Assembly (NCBI GenBank): GCA_028534125.1
Contig: CM052817.1
Coordinates: 37,388,001-37,452,000, forward strand
Direction of reading: 5' to 3'
Length of the DNA: 64,000 bases
Source: Lama glama
Taxonomy: Eukaryota
Shown: one piece after another, positions 40,480 to 52,174 of the stretch
How the letters are laid out: each line of letters starts with the position of its first letter
How positions within the stretch are numbered: position 1 is the first letter of the stretch
Notes under the pieces: model-generated
The model's database searches: none
The model's input: only the letters and a program-made list of their open reading frames with translations
What the model was told of the DNA's origin: nothing
Program-made: the position numbers and the translations under genes

Positions 40480-41720
40480 AATTGCTGACCCCTGAGCTCG
40501 CAAAGTCGGAGGGCCGGCGTGCGGCAGAGTCACCAAAAAAAAAAAAAAAATTATCAAGGGAAATTAACCAGTTCCACGTTCTGCAGATGCCGTCTCCCTC
40601 TGCGCCAGGAGCAAGTCTCAGAAGGTGCCTCCAACTTTTCCCCTCCCTCTCTAGAGGCTGCGGACCACCGACGGACGCCTCCATCTGAGTTACAGTTTGA
40701 TAGGATTGGAATCGCTAATCTCTCTCTATAAAACGCAAGGGGGAGGGGTGACCGTGTTGTGGGGGAGGTGATTCGGAATGGGGGAAAGAAAAGCACCGTT
40801 TTATCCCCCGGAGAAACTTCTGGGATTCTTCTATTACGCAACCTGGGGACCAGGTTCCAACAACAGAACATCTTTCCGCAAAACGCCGGGCGCACAGGCG
40901 GACGTTTGCTTTTGGGAAGGGGCAGAGTGGGAGGAGGATGGGTCTCTTCCAGTGTTCCCCTACCCAGTTTTTCTAGACGCTACCTGCAGCGGATTTGTAA
41001 GTGAGGGCGGTACGAGCTCTGCGTTTCCTTCGCCGGTTCTCCCCGAAGGTTCCCACCGGAAAAGTGGGAACGCCAGCGACTTGAGTCAGCGTGCTGGGAA
41101 GCCGGCAGCTAGGCGGGAGAGCCTGGGCTTCCCAGAAGTCATCGGCCGCGGCGTCTCGGCCAGGGCTGACCCCTAACCCGAGGCGGGGCGCAGGACTCCA
41201 CTTACCTTCCAGACCCTAAGTCCTCCAATCTCGGGTCGTGCGCCCTCGCCGCCTCCGCCCGCCCCAGACCTGTTGCGGTGGGGAAGGGGCGCGGGTGCCG
41301 AGAGCGCAGGGGAGCGCGTGCTCCCGAGGCTCAGCGGCGGCTCGCGCGGGACTCGGCTTCCAGCCGCGGAGGCGAGAACGCAGCTGTGCCAGCGACGCGC
41401 GCAGGCGGCGGCCGAGTGCGCAGGGGCCGCGCGCTCGTCCGCTTGCTGGTTGGCAAGCTCCGCGCGCCGGCGGCCCCGGAACGCCCGGTAGGCGAGACCA
41501 CACCCTCCCCCAGGAGGCCACGCCCCCTTCCGCGCTTCCCCGGCCCACGCCCTCTAGCTGGCGCCACCCAGATGGAGAGGAACAGCGCGGCCCTCCCCAG
41601 GAGACCAGTGGGAGGATCGAGGGCGAGCAGCCGCTCCGGATGGAATACTGCAGTGACCGCACCGACAGCGTGGGTGACCCTGCCCCGGGCTGCTGTGGGG
41701 CACAAGAACCCTTTCGCTTT
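40480..41720. promoter_or_regulatory. CpG island promoter of AFF1
   Basis: The only strongly GC/CpG-rich stretch in the window, densest at 41000-41700. Contains GC boxes (GGGGCG, CCGCCC, CACGCCC) and the exon-1 donor. Confidence 0.9.
41206..41460 (-). other. AFF1: AFF1 non-coding exon 1 (5' end approximate)
   Basis: Consensus donor GGAAG|GTAAGT on the minus strand at 41206/41205, inside the CpG island and ~11.5 kb upstream of exon 2. No ATG seen in the exon. Confidence 0.78.
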
Positions 41721-42859
41721 TACAGAGAGATTAAGCTCAGGGTCAAGTTCTGACTAAAAGTGTCAAGAAGTCTTTTTGCAATCTCCTACACAATTGAAGG
41801 AGATTCTGTGCCCTTTAAAGGAGATAGTAACTAACATTATAGAGAGCTATACGTTTTATAAACGGCTTTCACACACAGGCTCATCTCATCTTCACAGTAA
41901 CTTTCTAAAACAGACAAATTATTGCGGCCATTTCCCAAATAATGAAACGGAAGAGTTGAAAATAAGTATAAAGTATTTTGCCCAATATCACAGGCTAAAA
42001 AAAATGGCATGGGAAACCAGGTCTCCTAACTCCAGCCTCCTGGTTCTTTCTCTTCACCAGCCCAACCCCAGAAAATTCTAGTGGGTATATGGGCTTTGGC
42101 AAACAGATCCAAAAGAGGAAGGGAAACCTAATGTCTGGTTAAGTTGCTACCCGATCCCTTTTACCAACATACCAGGAAAGCACCACGCCGAGTTCTTTGC
42201 CTCTCTCACCGTCATCCCCGAAAGAGATGCAGAAAGATTGCATCAAATGGCCCAGACAGGCTTTTTCCCCCAAAATCTTAATGGTTTAAAATGGGTGAAA
42301 TTATTTGGATGAAGAAAATCCCCTTACTCAAATGCAATGTGAATGTAAATAAATGTAGTGTATGAAAATAACCTCCTTCCGTGCCCTTTATGTTCTTTCC
42401 CCTTCATTTTTTACTTTTTTGTTGTTGTTGCTTTGCCCCTCAAGACTCCTTCATCGTCTACATGAATATTGTTTGAAAACCTAATCGATAGATCTTTGCA
42501 TTTCTAAATTAAACTCTTGGCTACTTGACTTAATTTCCCATGGATTGTTTTCCAAAATACAACTTCTCTCTAAGCTTCTGTGATGATAGCGATTTGATTT
42601 ACCTTAACATCTAAAATAATTAAGGTGCCCCTGATGAGGTCTGGTGTGCCTCCAGATGAAACCTTTGGCAGTCTTCCCTGGACAGCGTGAGACAGGAGTC
42701 ACCCCTGATAGATGTATGTTTGCACATTTCTTAAAGGTTTCTAACAGATTGATATCTATTCTAATCATAACAAATATTTTAATCTTCTTGTTATGGAATT
42801 AATGCATCTCACTGTAAAATATACATCAGCCTGGTCATCATTTATAATCTGAAGGTTTT

Positions 42860-43090
42860 GAACTATATTCAATATCTTGTAATACCCTATAATGGAAAAG
42901 AATCTGAAAAAGAATGTATATTGGGAAAACTGGACAGCAGCATGTAAATCAATGTAGTTAGAACACTCCCTTCCACCATACACAAAAATAAACTCAAAAT
43001 GGATCAAAGAATATATATACATATAAATCACTTTCTTGTACACCTGAAACTAACACAACATTGTAAATCAAATATACTTCAATTTTTTTT
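42860..43090 (+). mobile_element. 5'-truncated L1 3'UTR carrying an embedded ORF2 fragment
   Basis: 15-bp TSD taatctgaaggtttt (42845-42859, 43091-43105); 3'UTR text split by an ORF2 piece at 42922-43005. Confidence 0.85.
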
Positions 43091-46000
43091 TAATCTGAAG
43101 GTTTTTACCTCTCCTATCTGAAACTTTTTCCTATCTTCTGTTCCTTATCCTATAATACTTCCTGATACATTCAAACTGTATTCAATTTAGTAAATGATGT
43201 CGACAAAGTTTGATCATTTTATTTTACTGCTTTTGGAACTGAGGGATGTAATTTTGTAAAACTTTTTAGTTGAAGATGGTGCAGCTTTGGTTCAAAGAAA
43301 TCATTCCATTTATAGGAATATTTTTAACTCAATGTGCTGGGTGACGGGCCATATCAATGACAAAGACAGAACTCCTGTTCTCCTGAGATGCCAGAGCCTT
43401 GTGGAATCAGGTGAATAAATAATTTGAATGCACACGTCTATTGATTAATTCCAGAAAGGTGCTAAGTTATTTTAAAACACGTAAATTAAAACTAATTTTC
43501 TTATACTAAATAAAGAAAAAGCAGATAGTCATTCCAGTGAGTTTTTTTTTAAGACGCTTTTCTGCCTTTTCTCCAGGTTACATTATATAAGCGGTTAATA
43601 AGCAGGCTACTTTAAATAATGATTATACCATATGTAAATTTTCCCAAAAAATGACAAAAAAGAAGAGTAATCATGCAATAGAGATGCAGAGATATTTCAC
43701 TTTATTAGCTATAATTTCCTCTATCTTCTTTATTATAAGAATTCTTAAATTACATTTTTAGCTCACTCAGTGAAATTCTAGCACTTTCTTAATCCTGACA
43801 ACCTGGTCACTTATTTCTGATTATGTTTCCTGCTGAGGTGAAGCATGTCTCTGACATCAGTGATCTTTTCCACAACAGAACTGGAAAAAAACTTTTTTCC
43901 CCTTAATACAGCTATGGTACTTTTTCAGCTGCCTCTTCATGTAAGGACTCCTGGGATGTTAGTTACCTGGCAATTTTCAGCCATGGTTTTACTTAAATTT
44001 TGAAGACAAACAAGTGAATCCCCTGGGTCTCATAGACACTCATGGGCTGTATTCTCAGAGCTCCTGAACTGTACAAGGGGGCAGGAACACATGTTAAGAC
44101 TGAGACTCGTGGGGGGAGGAAATGTGCCTGCATCACCACCCTGACAACCTCTTGTTTGGCCAGCCTGAAGTACTCCTAAACTCTGCAGTCAGCAAGACCT
44201 GAGTATTTTAAACCAGCAGTTTAAATTATGTTATTCCGAAACTACTGCATGTATGTTTCAAAGAGAATGAATTTCTTCAAAGTGTAAAAAATTCCTTACC
44301 AAGTTGGTAAATAAAACCTAATCAAATTCTAATCAGAGCATAAAACTTGTGAAAAAAAAAAAGCAACCAACCCAGAGTTGGGATAAAGCGGTGTAGATGA
44401 GGAGAGGAGGCCAGCGAGGAGAGAGGAGGAAGGATTGGCCTAAGCCAGGTAAAGGGCAGTGGAGGAAGGGCCACTTCCCAAAAAAGAACACAAAGAGAGA
44501 GGGGGAGTAGGACCTCCAGGCAAAGATTACGATGAGAAATAAGACAGGAAAGGGCAACTGGAAATTGATGGTGAAGGGCCCTATGTGCCAACCTAGGGAG
44601 TTTTCTTTTCATCCTAAGTGCACTGGGTAGGAGACTGATTTGATCAGGTTGCATTTAGGACTACTGTGGCTGCCATATGAAAATCAACAGGAGACAGGAA
44701 GGCTGTGGAAGAAGTGTGGAGAACTGGGCAGAGACTGTAGGCAGACACAGAAACTCCTAGTTTTACATCTTTCTTTGGGAGGCAGATAAGCAAATGTAAA
44801 CCTGCTATCTTTTGCTGCAAGAAGAAATAAATGCACAATTATTATAATTAAAATTCATGTATTTTATCATGAACACTTTGTGGAAAACATGGTTCCTAGT
44901 GACCTGACATCGCTTCTTCAGTACAATATGTTTCAGATTGTGTGTGAGTTTTTACTTATTGCTACTACACACCACTTCCCAATCCCAGTGGAGATTATGA
45001 ATATTTTTTAGTCATGTGATAGTACTGTTAAATTAATTTCATATTTAAAGTAGTAACTTGGAAAATTGCAGTGAATCTGGAGCAAAAGAATATGAATACA
45101 AATCCATATTTTTCTCTAAAGGAATAAACTTACGGGTTTAACTGAATGTCTACAATTTACCAGACATTTCACACATATATATTTTTTAATCCCCTTGAAA
45201 ACATTTGCGTACCTCTAGTTAATGTATAAAGGAGGAATCAACTCAGAGAGATAATTCATCTCTATTATGATTATATAGCAAATAAATAGCAGTGACAGTA
45301 TTTGAACTTAGCTCTTTTGTGGCTCAAGGTTATGTTTTTACCACTATCAGCATTAGATTAGTATAAATATCCAAACTATATCCCAACCGTAATGTCTATT
45401 ACACTTAAATCCACATCAGCAAGCCCAAGGGAGTTAGCAATGGGTTTTCATTCTGACAGTTACATCTGGAGGGTTAAATAGGAAGATGATAAATAAACTG
45501 AGGGATTATGGGAAAGCCAAATAGTTGGAAAATGAAAAAGAGAAAGAAATAACATGCAGAGCCAGAATATAAGAGCCAAGTTATGGTCCCCCAGTGGGAG
45601 CAGGACTGGGGGTAAAAGCACCCTACTGAATGTCTCAAAGAGGCAGAAAAAATGGCTACAGTAGTTTATCAAAGTGTCATCAGAAATAACTAGAGCTTTG
45701 AAAAAATCTGTTTCTTCAGGCAAAGAGCTTTGTTTAAAGGAGGCATTACAGGCTGAAAAGCAATCTTAGGAACAATTTTGGGGTGGACCTGCAAATTTAG
45801 AGGCTATTGCTAGGAAAGGAGAATTTAATAAATAGTTTTTTAAAATATGAAGTACTACAAGTAAAACACCAATAATTAATATGTATAAAAGTTAAATGAT
45901 ATTAAATTTGAGTGTCAAAAAAAAAAAAAGAGAAAATCTCCCTAAAGACTATGGCACAACTTTAAGAATTTAATACTATGGTTCACTCAATCCATATCAC

Positions 46001-46216
46001 TCTTCTAGACTATCACCCTCATTTGTTTGCAGGAAATTTCGTCAGGGTTGTCACACAGGCAGAGCAAACTCAGCATATGTAGTATGAAACTCATAGTTTT
46101 TCACTCTGTTCATTTATTCTTCCAAAACCCACCCAACACAATTCTTCCTATTTTGTTATGAACTTTTGCTGCTGGTACCATTATAGACCCAGGATTCAGG
46201 TTCAAATGTCCATTTC

Positions 46217-46939
46217 CAAGGGAACCCTCCTACATCATTGGTGGGAATGTAAATTGGTGTAGCCACTATGGAGAACAGTATGGAGGTTCCTTAAAAAATT
46301 AAAAATAGAGTTAGTATATGATCCAGCAATCCCACTCCTGGGCATATATCTGGAAAAGATGAAAACTCTAATTCAAAACAATATATGCACCTCAATGTTC
46401 ATAACAGCACAATTTATAATAGCCAACACATGAAAACAACCTAAATGTCCATTGACAGGTGAATACATAAAGATGTGGTGTGTATGTATATATATATATA
46501 TTACCCAGCCACAAAAAAGAATGAAATAATGCCATTAGCAGCAACATGGATGGACCCAGAGATTATCATACTAAGTGAAGTAAGTCAGACAGAGAAAGAC
46601 AAATATCGTATTATATCACTTATATGTGAAATCTGAAAAAAATGACACAAATGAACTTATTTATAAAACAAATATAGACTCAGACGTAGAAAACAAACTT
46701 ATGGTTAACAAAGGGGAAAGAGGTAATAAATTAGGAATTTGGGATTAACAGATACACACTGCTATATATAAAACAGATAAGCAAGGTCCTACTGCATAGC
46801 ACAGGGAACGATATTCAACATCTTGTAATAACTTATAATGGAAAAGAATCTGAAAAAGAATACAAATATACACACATATATATAAAAATCACTTTGCTGC
46901 ACACCTGAAACTAACAACATTGTAAATTAACTATACTTC
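46217..46939 (+). mobile_element. L1 3' end (ORF2 C-terminus + 3'UTR); its tail resumes after 47314
   Basis: ggtgggaatgtaaattggtgtagccactatggagaacagtatggaggttcc...gcaacatggatggacc...cacctgaaactaacaacattgtaaattaactatacttc. Confidence 0.92.
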
Positions 46940-47310
46940 TGTTACTGGGAAAAGGGAAATAAGAATTACCTCGGTTCTTAGTCACCCGAAAAAAAGATTT
47001 TTGACGAGAGACAAAAAGCGTGATATAAGCAAGATTTTTATTAGTGAAGTTAAAAAAAATAGTGGAAGATAGTCCACTCCTGGGAATTGGAAGCGGGCCG
47101 ATCCAAGAGAGGAAAAATGGCACTGTTCCTTTGTTTTTCCTGTTTTTATATTCTGGTTTCTTGATTGACTGACTGATTAACTGATTGATTGACAATCCAG
47201 GTTCCCTGCGCTCTGGTTGACTGACAGCTCAGGTTCCTTGTGTTCTGGATTGTTCCTTTCCCCTTCCTCTCCCCCTGCCCAGTGCTCATTTCTATCTCAA
47301 TTACCTAACA
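46940..47310 (-). mobile_element. Solo LTR, class I (ERV1-like), 371 bp
   Basis: TGTTA...TAACA termini, 4-bp TSD CTTC (46936-46939 and 47311-47314); minus-strand TATAAAA (47150-47144) and AATAAA (47042-47037). Confidence 0.85.
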
Positions 47311-47631
47311 CTTCCATTTAAGAAGTAAATAAAAATAAATAAACACATAAAAAATAAAATAAAACACAAAATACAGAAAACTAACTTTATTACATTAATG
47401 AAATTGAAGTTTATCAATTATCAAAAAAATCCATTACTTACCAAGTCATGGTTAACTTTGCTTTTAAATATCCCCCTTTCCTACAAGTTCCCTTCCTGTT
47501 TTTGTTTCATTTCTCCATTCTTTCACTGAATAGCTACTAAGTGTCAGGTACTAATTCTGTTCAATTCTGGGGCTATAAAGACAAATAAGAGACGGTCCTT
47601 GTTGTTGGAGATTTCACATCTAGAAGGAGAG

Positions 47632-48177
47632 TGTCGAAGGCAGAATTCTAAGATGGCCCAGAAGATTCCCACTTCTGGTGTGTATTTGCTATTTAATTTC
47701 CTCTCAGTGTGAGTGAGTCTGACCTAATCGAGTGAGTTCTTTTTAAAAGGAAGATCTAGGGGCCAAAGGAGGAGGAAGTCAGAGAGATTTGAAGCTATAG
47801 CAGATACTCTCCTTTGGCCTCGAAGGACCAAATCGCTACGTTGTACGAGGGCCACATAACAAGGATCGAGAGTGGCCTCTAGATACTGAGAGGTCTTTGG
47901 CTACCACTTGGCAAAGAAATAGGAAGCTCAGTCATACAACTGCCAGGAAATGAATTCTGTCAAGGGAATTTGGAAATAGATCTTTCCCAGTAAAGCCTCC
48001 AGATGAGGGAGGATACAGCTGGACATCTCGATTTCAGCCTGGTGAGATCCTGAGCAGTGGACCCAGGTGAAGCACGCTGGCCTTCTGACTTACAGAAACT
48101 GTGAGGTACTAAATGGATGTTGTTTTAGACTGTAAGGCTTATGGTGCTTTGTTATGCAGTGATAGAAAACTAATACG
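47632..48177 (+). mobile_element. MaLR LTR (MLT1-like)
   Basis: ggcagaattctaagatggccc...ttctgacttacagaaactgtgag...tgttatgcagtgatagaaaactaatac. Confidence 0.8.
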
Positions 48178-48548
48178 GAGGGATAAAAGAATAAACAGAT
48201 CGTTGTTATCCAGTCTGCTTACTGCTTTGGTAGAGGCATGCATAAGTATGCTATTAGAATCTAGCCAGGGGCATCTAACAAACACTGATGGACTACGGAA
48301 AGGCATCCTGCCAGAAGCAGACCCTAAGATGAATCATGAAGGGAAAGAGGGAGTTGGGGGAATGTGTATGACTGGGGAGGAAACAATGCTATGTGCGCAG
48401 AGGGAGCTAAATATGCACGTGTCCTGGAGTAATAGAGTTCATGGTGAATTTCAGAAACTAGAAATACTTCAATATGTCTACAGTTAAAGGAAGGATAGTA
48501 AAAGATAAAGATAGAGATGTGAGAAAGTGTAATTTAAAAAAGCAGCAC

Positions 48549-48672
48549 GAGAGGGACGGTATAGCTCAGTGGTAGAGCGTGTGCTTAGCATACATGCGGT
48601 CCTGGGTTCAATTCCCAGGACCTCCATTAAATAAATAAATAAATCTAATTACCCCCCCCCATCTTTTTTTAA
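48549..48672 (+). mobile_element. Camelid tRNA-derived SINE
   Basis: ggtatagctcagtggtagagcgtgtgcttagc...gggttcaattcccagg. Confidence 0.9.
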
Positions 48673-48704
48673 ATAGCGCTTACCATTTACAGGTTGTATA
48701 CTAT

Positions 48705-49166
48705 GTCCAGTGTGTAATCTCGACCAAGATGTTCACAGTAACCCTGAGTGGTGTACCCAAGTGTGCTGGTTAGTTGCTCGTTTGCCTCAAATCCAGTCTC
48801 TGCTCTTCTTCTACTCTGCTGTGAGTCACAAGGGGTTGATTCTTGCAAACCACCTTTCCCAGGCTTTTTGCGGGAAACCAGCTTCTGGCGGGGTTTGGCC
48901 AATGAATGGCACTGGGAGGAGACTCCTGGGTACTACTCTTCTGTCTCTGCTCTGGGCAATGGCTCTGACCCAGTGGCTGCCCCACCTCCCTAAGCGCTAG
49001 CTCCCACAGACCCTGAGGCGTGGCTCTGCCTCCTGAGCTCCAGTACACTGTGTCTTCCCTTGGTCACAGCCTTGGGTGTGGCTGTTCGTGGCTTCCTGTA
49101 ATTGCTTAATCCCTGGGTAACCTCACCTTCCCCTGTTGGGTCTAAGTATGTACCTTTTAACTAGTT
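48705..49166. mobile_element. Ancient ERVL-type LTR (LTR33-like), interrupted by a younger LTR
   Basis: ccagcttctggcggggtttggccaatgaatggcactgggaggagact motif. Confidence 0.5.
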
Positions 49167-49170
49167 CCCT

Positions 49171-49746
49171 TGTTGCGGAAAAATGTGTTACAGCTGGGTG
49201 TTACAGCTCAATTGTGACAGCAACCTGGATCCGGGCGAGAGACCAAGCAGCATTCACAGAGTTGGAGAACTCAGGTTTACTACGCCAGCAGGCCCAGAAG
49301 AGTAAACACTCCAAACTCTGGACCCGGTTGGTAGGTTTACACAGGCCTTTATAGGCTGCAGGTTTTACACTTTGCAACATCATATGCAAATAAAGTATAA
49401 CAGAAGTTGACCAACCAGGAACAAGCTTTGTAGAAATAGACCAATCAGAAGTGAGAGAAATAACCAATCAGGAATGAGCTCCATGCAAATGAAGTACTAC
49501 AAATGGACCAATCAGAAGTTAGGGAAGTGGGCCAATCAGAAGTGAGAGTAATAACCAATCAGGAGTGAAGAAATAACCAATCAGAAGTGAGCTCAGGGAA
49601 CCAATAAAATTATAGGGGTAAGTAAGCCGTTTCAGAGGCAGAAGGTGAGATAGAGCCTCTGGGCCAGGGAACTGGATGATGCCAGCACGAGAGTAGTGGC
49701 CCTGCTTAGGGGCCCTGCTGGGTTTCTTATGGGGCTTCCTGCCTCA
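49171..49746 (-). mobile_element. Solo LTR, class I (ERV1-like), 576 bp, with a tandem CCAAT array
   Basis: TG...CA termini, 4-bp TSD CCCT (49167-49170 and 49747-49750); minus-strand TATAAA (49353-49348) and AGTAAA (49281-49276). Confidence 0.88.
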
Positions 49747-50163
49747 CCCTTAGTCAATTCTCTGTTGAATTACCACCTGGCATGAGGGTTATTCCTAACT
49801 GCATCCTTACTAAATCAACATGTTTTACAGATGAGGAAACTCAGAAAGACTGAACAACTTGCCTAATTACTCACAGTATATTATGGGGGCTCGATGTAGA
49901 CCACAACTGTGAAGTGTATCAAGGTCTGTCAAGCTGTTTTGTCTCCCTGAATTTACCATTGCCATATTAAGTCAGCTGCTTTTCGTTTCACAATTATAGG
50001 AGCCTCTGAACTGTTCTCGTCTCTCTTCTCTCTAATCTGTTCTCCACAGTGCTGCCGTCTGAGTCCTCCTTAAGCATATCTCTGGTCATGAGACATATCT
50101 GGCAACTGCAAAGAGAATTGAGCTCCAACTCCCCATTCTAGAGTCAAGACTCCCTAGAATAGT

Positions 50164-50282
50164 TTTTTTTTTTTTGAGGGGGAGGTAATTAGGTTATTTA
50201 TTTTAATAGAGGTAGAGGGATTGAACCCAGCACCACCTGCATGCTAAGCACGTGTGCTACCACTGAGCTGCACCACCACCCA
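50164..50282 (-). mobile_element. Camelid tRNA-derived SINE
   Basis: Consensus in reverse; TSD cc(t/c)agaatagtt. Confidence 0.9.
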
Positions 50283-50561
50283 CCCAGAATAGTTCCTAAA
50301 TCAGTCTTTTTGCCTTCACTTTTGTTAAATATTTGCTCTGCTGAAAATCTACCCTTGATTTTCACTTCTATGCCTTTGCTCATACTGTTTCTGTTCCCTT
50401 TAGCTGGAATGCTCTATTTCTACCTTCTGAAATAATCTCTCACTTCTACTTTGTGAAATATCTGCCTTTCAAAGGTTATTTATTTATTCATTCATTCAAC
50501 AAACCTGGGCAAGGTACATTCAAGGTCTTCGGGATAGAAACAAAAACAAATTGTTCTTATC

Positions 50562-50938
50562 TGAGGAAGGGAAATAGCTCAGTGATAGAGTGCATGCTTA
50601 GCATGCATGAGGTCCTGGGTTCAATTCCCAGTATCTCCATTAAAAAAGAAGTAGGAGTTTGGGATTAGCAGATACATATTCCTATATATAAAATAGATTA
50701 AAAAAAAAAAGACCTATCATATAGCACAAGGAACTGTATTCAATTTCTTGAAATGAGCTGTAATGGAAAAGAATCTTAAGAGATAATGCATTTATGTACA
50801 TGTATAACTGAGTCACTTTGCTGTACACCTGAAACTAACATTGTAAATTGAGTACACTTCAACAAAAAATAAGAATTTAAAAAAAGTAGGCCTGTCAAAA
50901 TAAAATCTTTGATGCATAGAATTTTTTTTAAGTATTAA
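50562..50938 (+). mobile_element. Camelid SINE with an L1 3'UTR fragment (~50656-50878) inside it
   Basis: Outer 14-bp TSD aaattgttcttatc (50548-50561, 50939-50952); SINE head followed by agtttgggattagcagatac...cacctgaaactaacattgtaaa. Confidence 0.85.
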
Positions 50939-50984
50939 AAATTGTTCTTATCCTCTATGTGTTGACAGATTTTTTTCTGTGAGG

Positions 50985-51180
50985 GGCTAGATGGTAAACA
51001 TTTTAAGCTTTGTGAATCACACAGCCTCTGTTGTAACTATTCAACTGCCCTTGTAGCACAAAAGCAGCTATATCTTCTAAATAAATGAATAAGTACGACT
51101 AACCAACAAAACTTTTTTTTCTACGAAAACAAGTGGCAAGCTAGATTTGACAATGGGCTGTAGTTTGCTGACCTCCCCTC
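50985..51180. mobile_element. MER58-like hAT-Charlie MITE
   Basis: gtaaacattttaagctttgtg...aactattcaactgcccttgtagcacaaaagcagc...gggctgtagtttgctgacc. Confidence 0.75.
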
Positions 51181-51780
51181 TGGAAACTCACATCAAAACA
51201 AATGGAAAAGCTAACAGTGAATAATAATGAATAAAACACAGAAAAGAGATGTGGAGAATAAAAGTAGAATTGCCAGCATTTATGTAAAAGGAGTCTCAAA
51301 AGACAAAATTAGAAAGAATAAGGAAAAGGAGAATATATTTGAAGAAAAGAGAAAAGTTAAATTTCTCACGACTAATAAAAAGTGAATGCTTTCAGATCAT
51401 AAAGTGCCAAAGAGGAGATCAGGAAAAGCCAGACCTAAACATAAAGAGAAAAGTCTGAAACTTTCTAGAAAAAGTGAGGACATGTGACCTACAAAGGAAC
51501 AAGAATCATATTGATATTAGACCTCTCGACAGCACACTGGCTGCTGGAAGACAAAGGAGTAATATATGTTAAGTACTAAAAAAACTTGAGCCTAGAATCT
51601 TGTATTCAGTCAAAGTGTCATTCAAATATAAAAGCATAGGAAAAGTGATACTCAGCCTCAGGCATATATGTTCTCAGAAAATACGCCACAAAAAGATCCA
51701 CATTGATAACATTTTTGAGGAAGTACAGAAATGAGAAGAAAAATAAAAAGTCCAATTGCGCTTCAACAGATACCATAAGT

Positions 51781-51912
51781 AAGGTATAGCTCAAGCAGTA
51801 GAGCACATACTTAGCATGCACGAGGTCCTGGGTTCAATCCCAGTACCTCCTCTAAAAATAAGTAAATAAACATAATTACCTTCCTCCCCTGCCTTGAAAA
51901 AAAAGAGAGAGA
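51781..51912 (+). mobile_element. Camelid tRNA-derived SINE
   Basis: ggtatagctcaagcagtagagcacatacttagcatgcacgaggtcctgggttcaatcc. Confidence 0.9.
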
Positions 51913-52174
51913 GAGATCAGAAGTAAGAGTAGTATATATTTAAGTAAAGCTTGTTGTAGCCTTAAAAAAGAAAAAGCAACTGGGGCCAAAGAAAAGAGAG
52001 GGAAAATATATCCACTAAAATGCAAAACTAAAATCCTAGATATTATTAATATGATGGATGCCTTGAGGGGAAATGAAAGGGACAGAAGGACATGCCAGTA
52101 TATATTTCTTTTGTTAAGGTAATAATATGACAAGTTTAGAAAATAAATAGGGAGAAAATAACTAAGGTTATAGT

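Noticed and set aside
41216..41757. Overlapping 124-171 aa ORFs in the CpG island
   Set aside because: Arg/Ala/Pro/Gly-rich reading frames on both strands are expected from stop-poor GC-rich DNA; no recognisable protein.
49405..49610. CRISPR-like repeat-spacer array
   Set aside because: Eukaryotic DNA; the ~23-bp units are degenerate tandem repeats within an LTR U3 and have no unique spacers.
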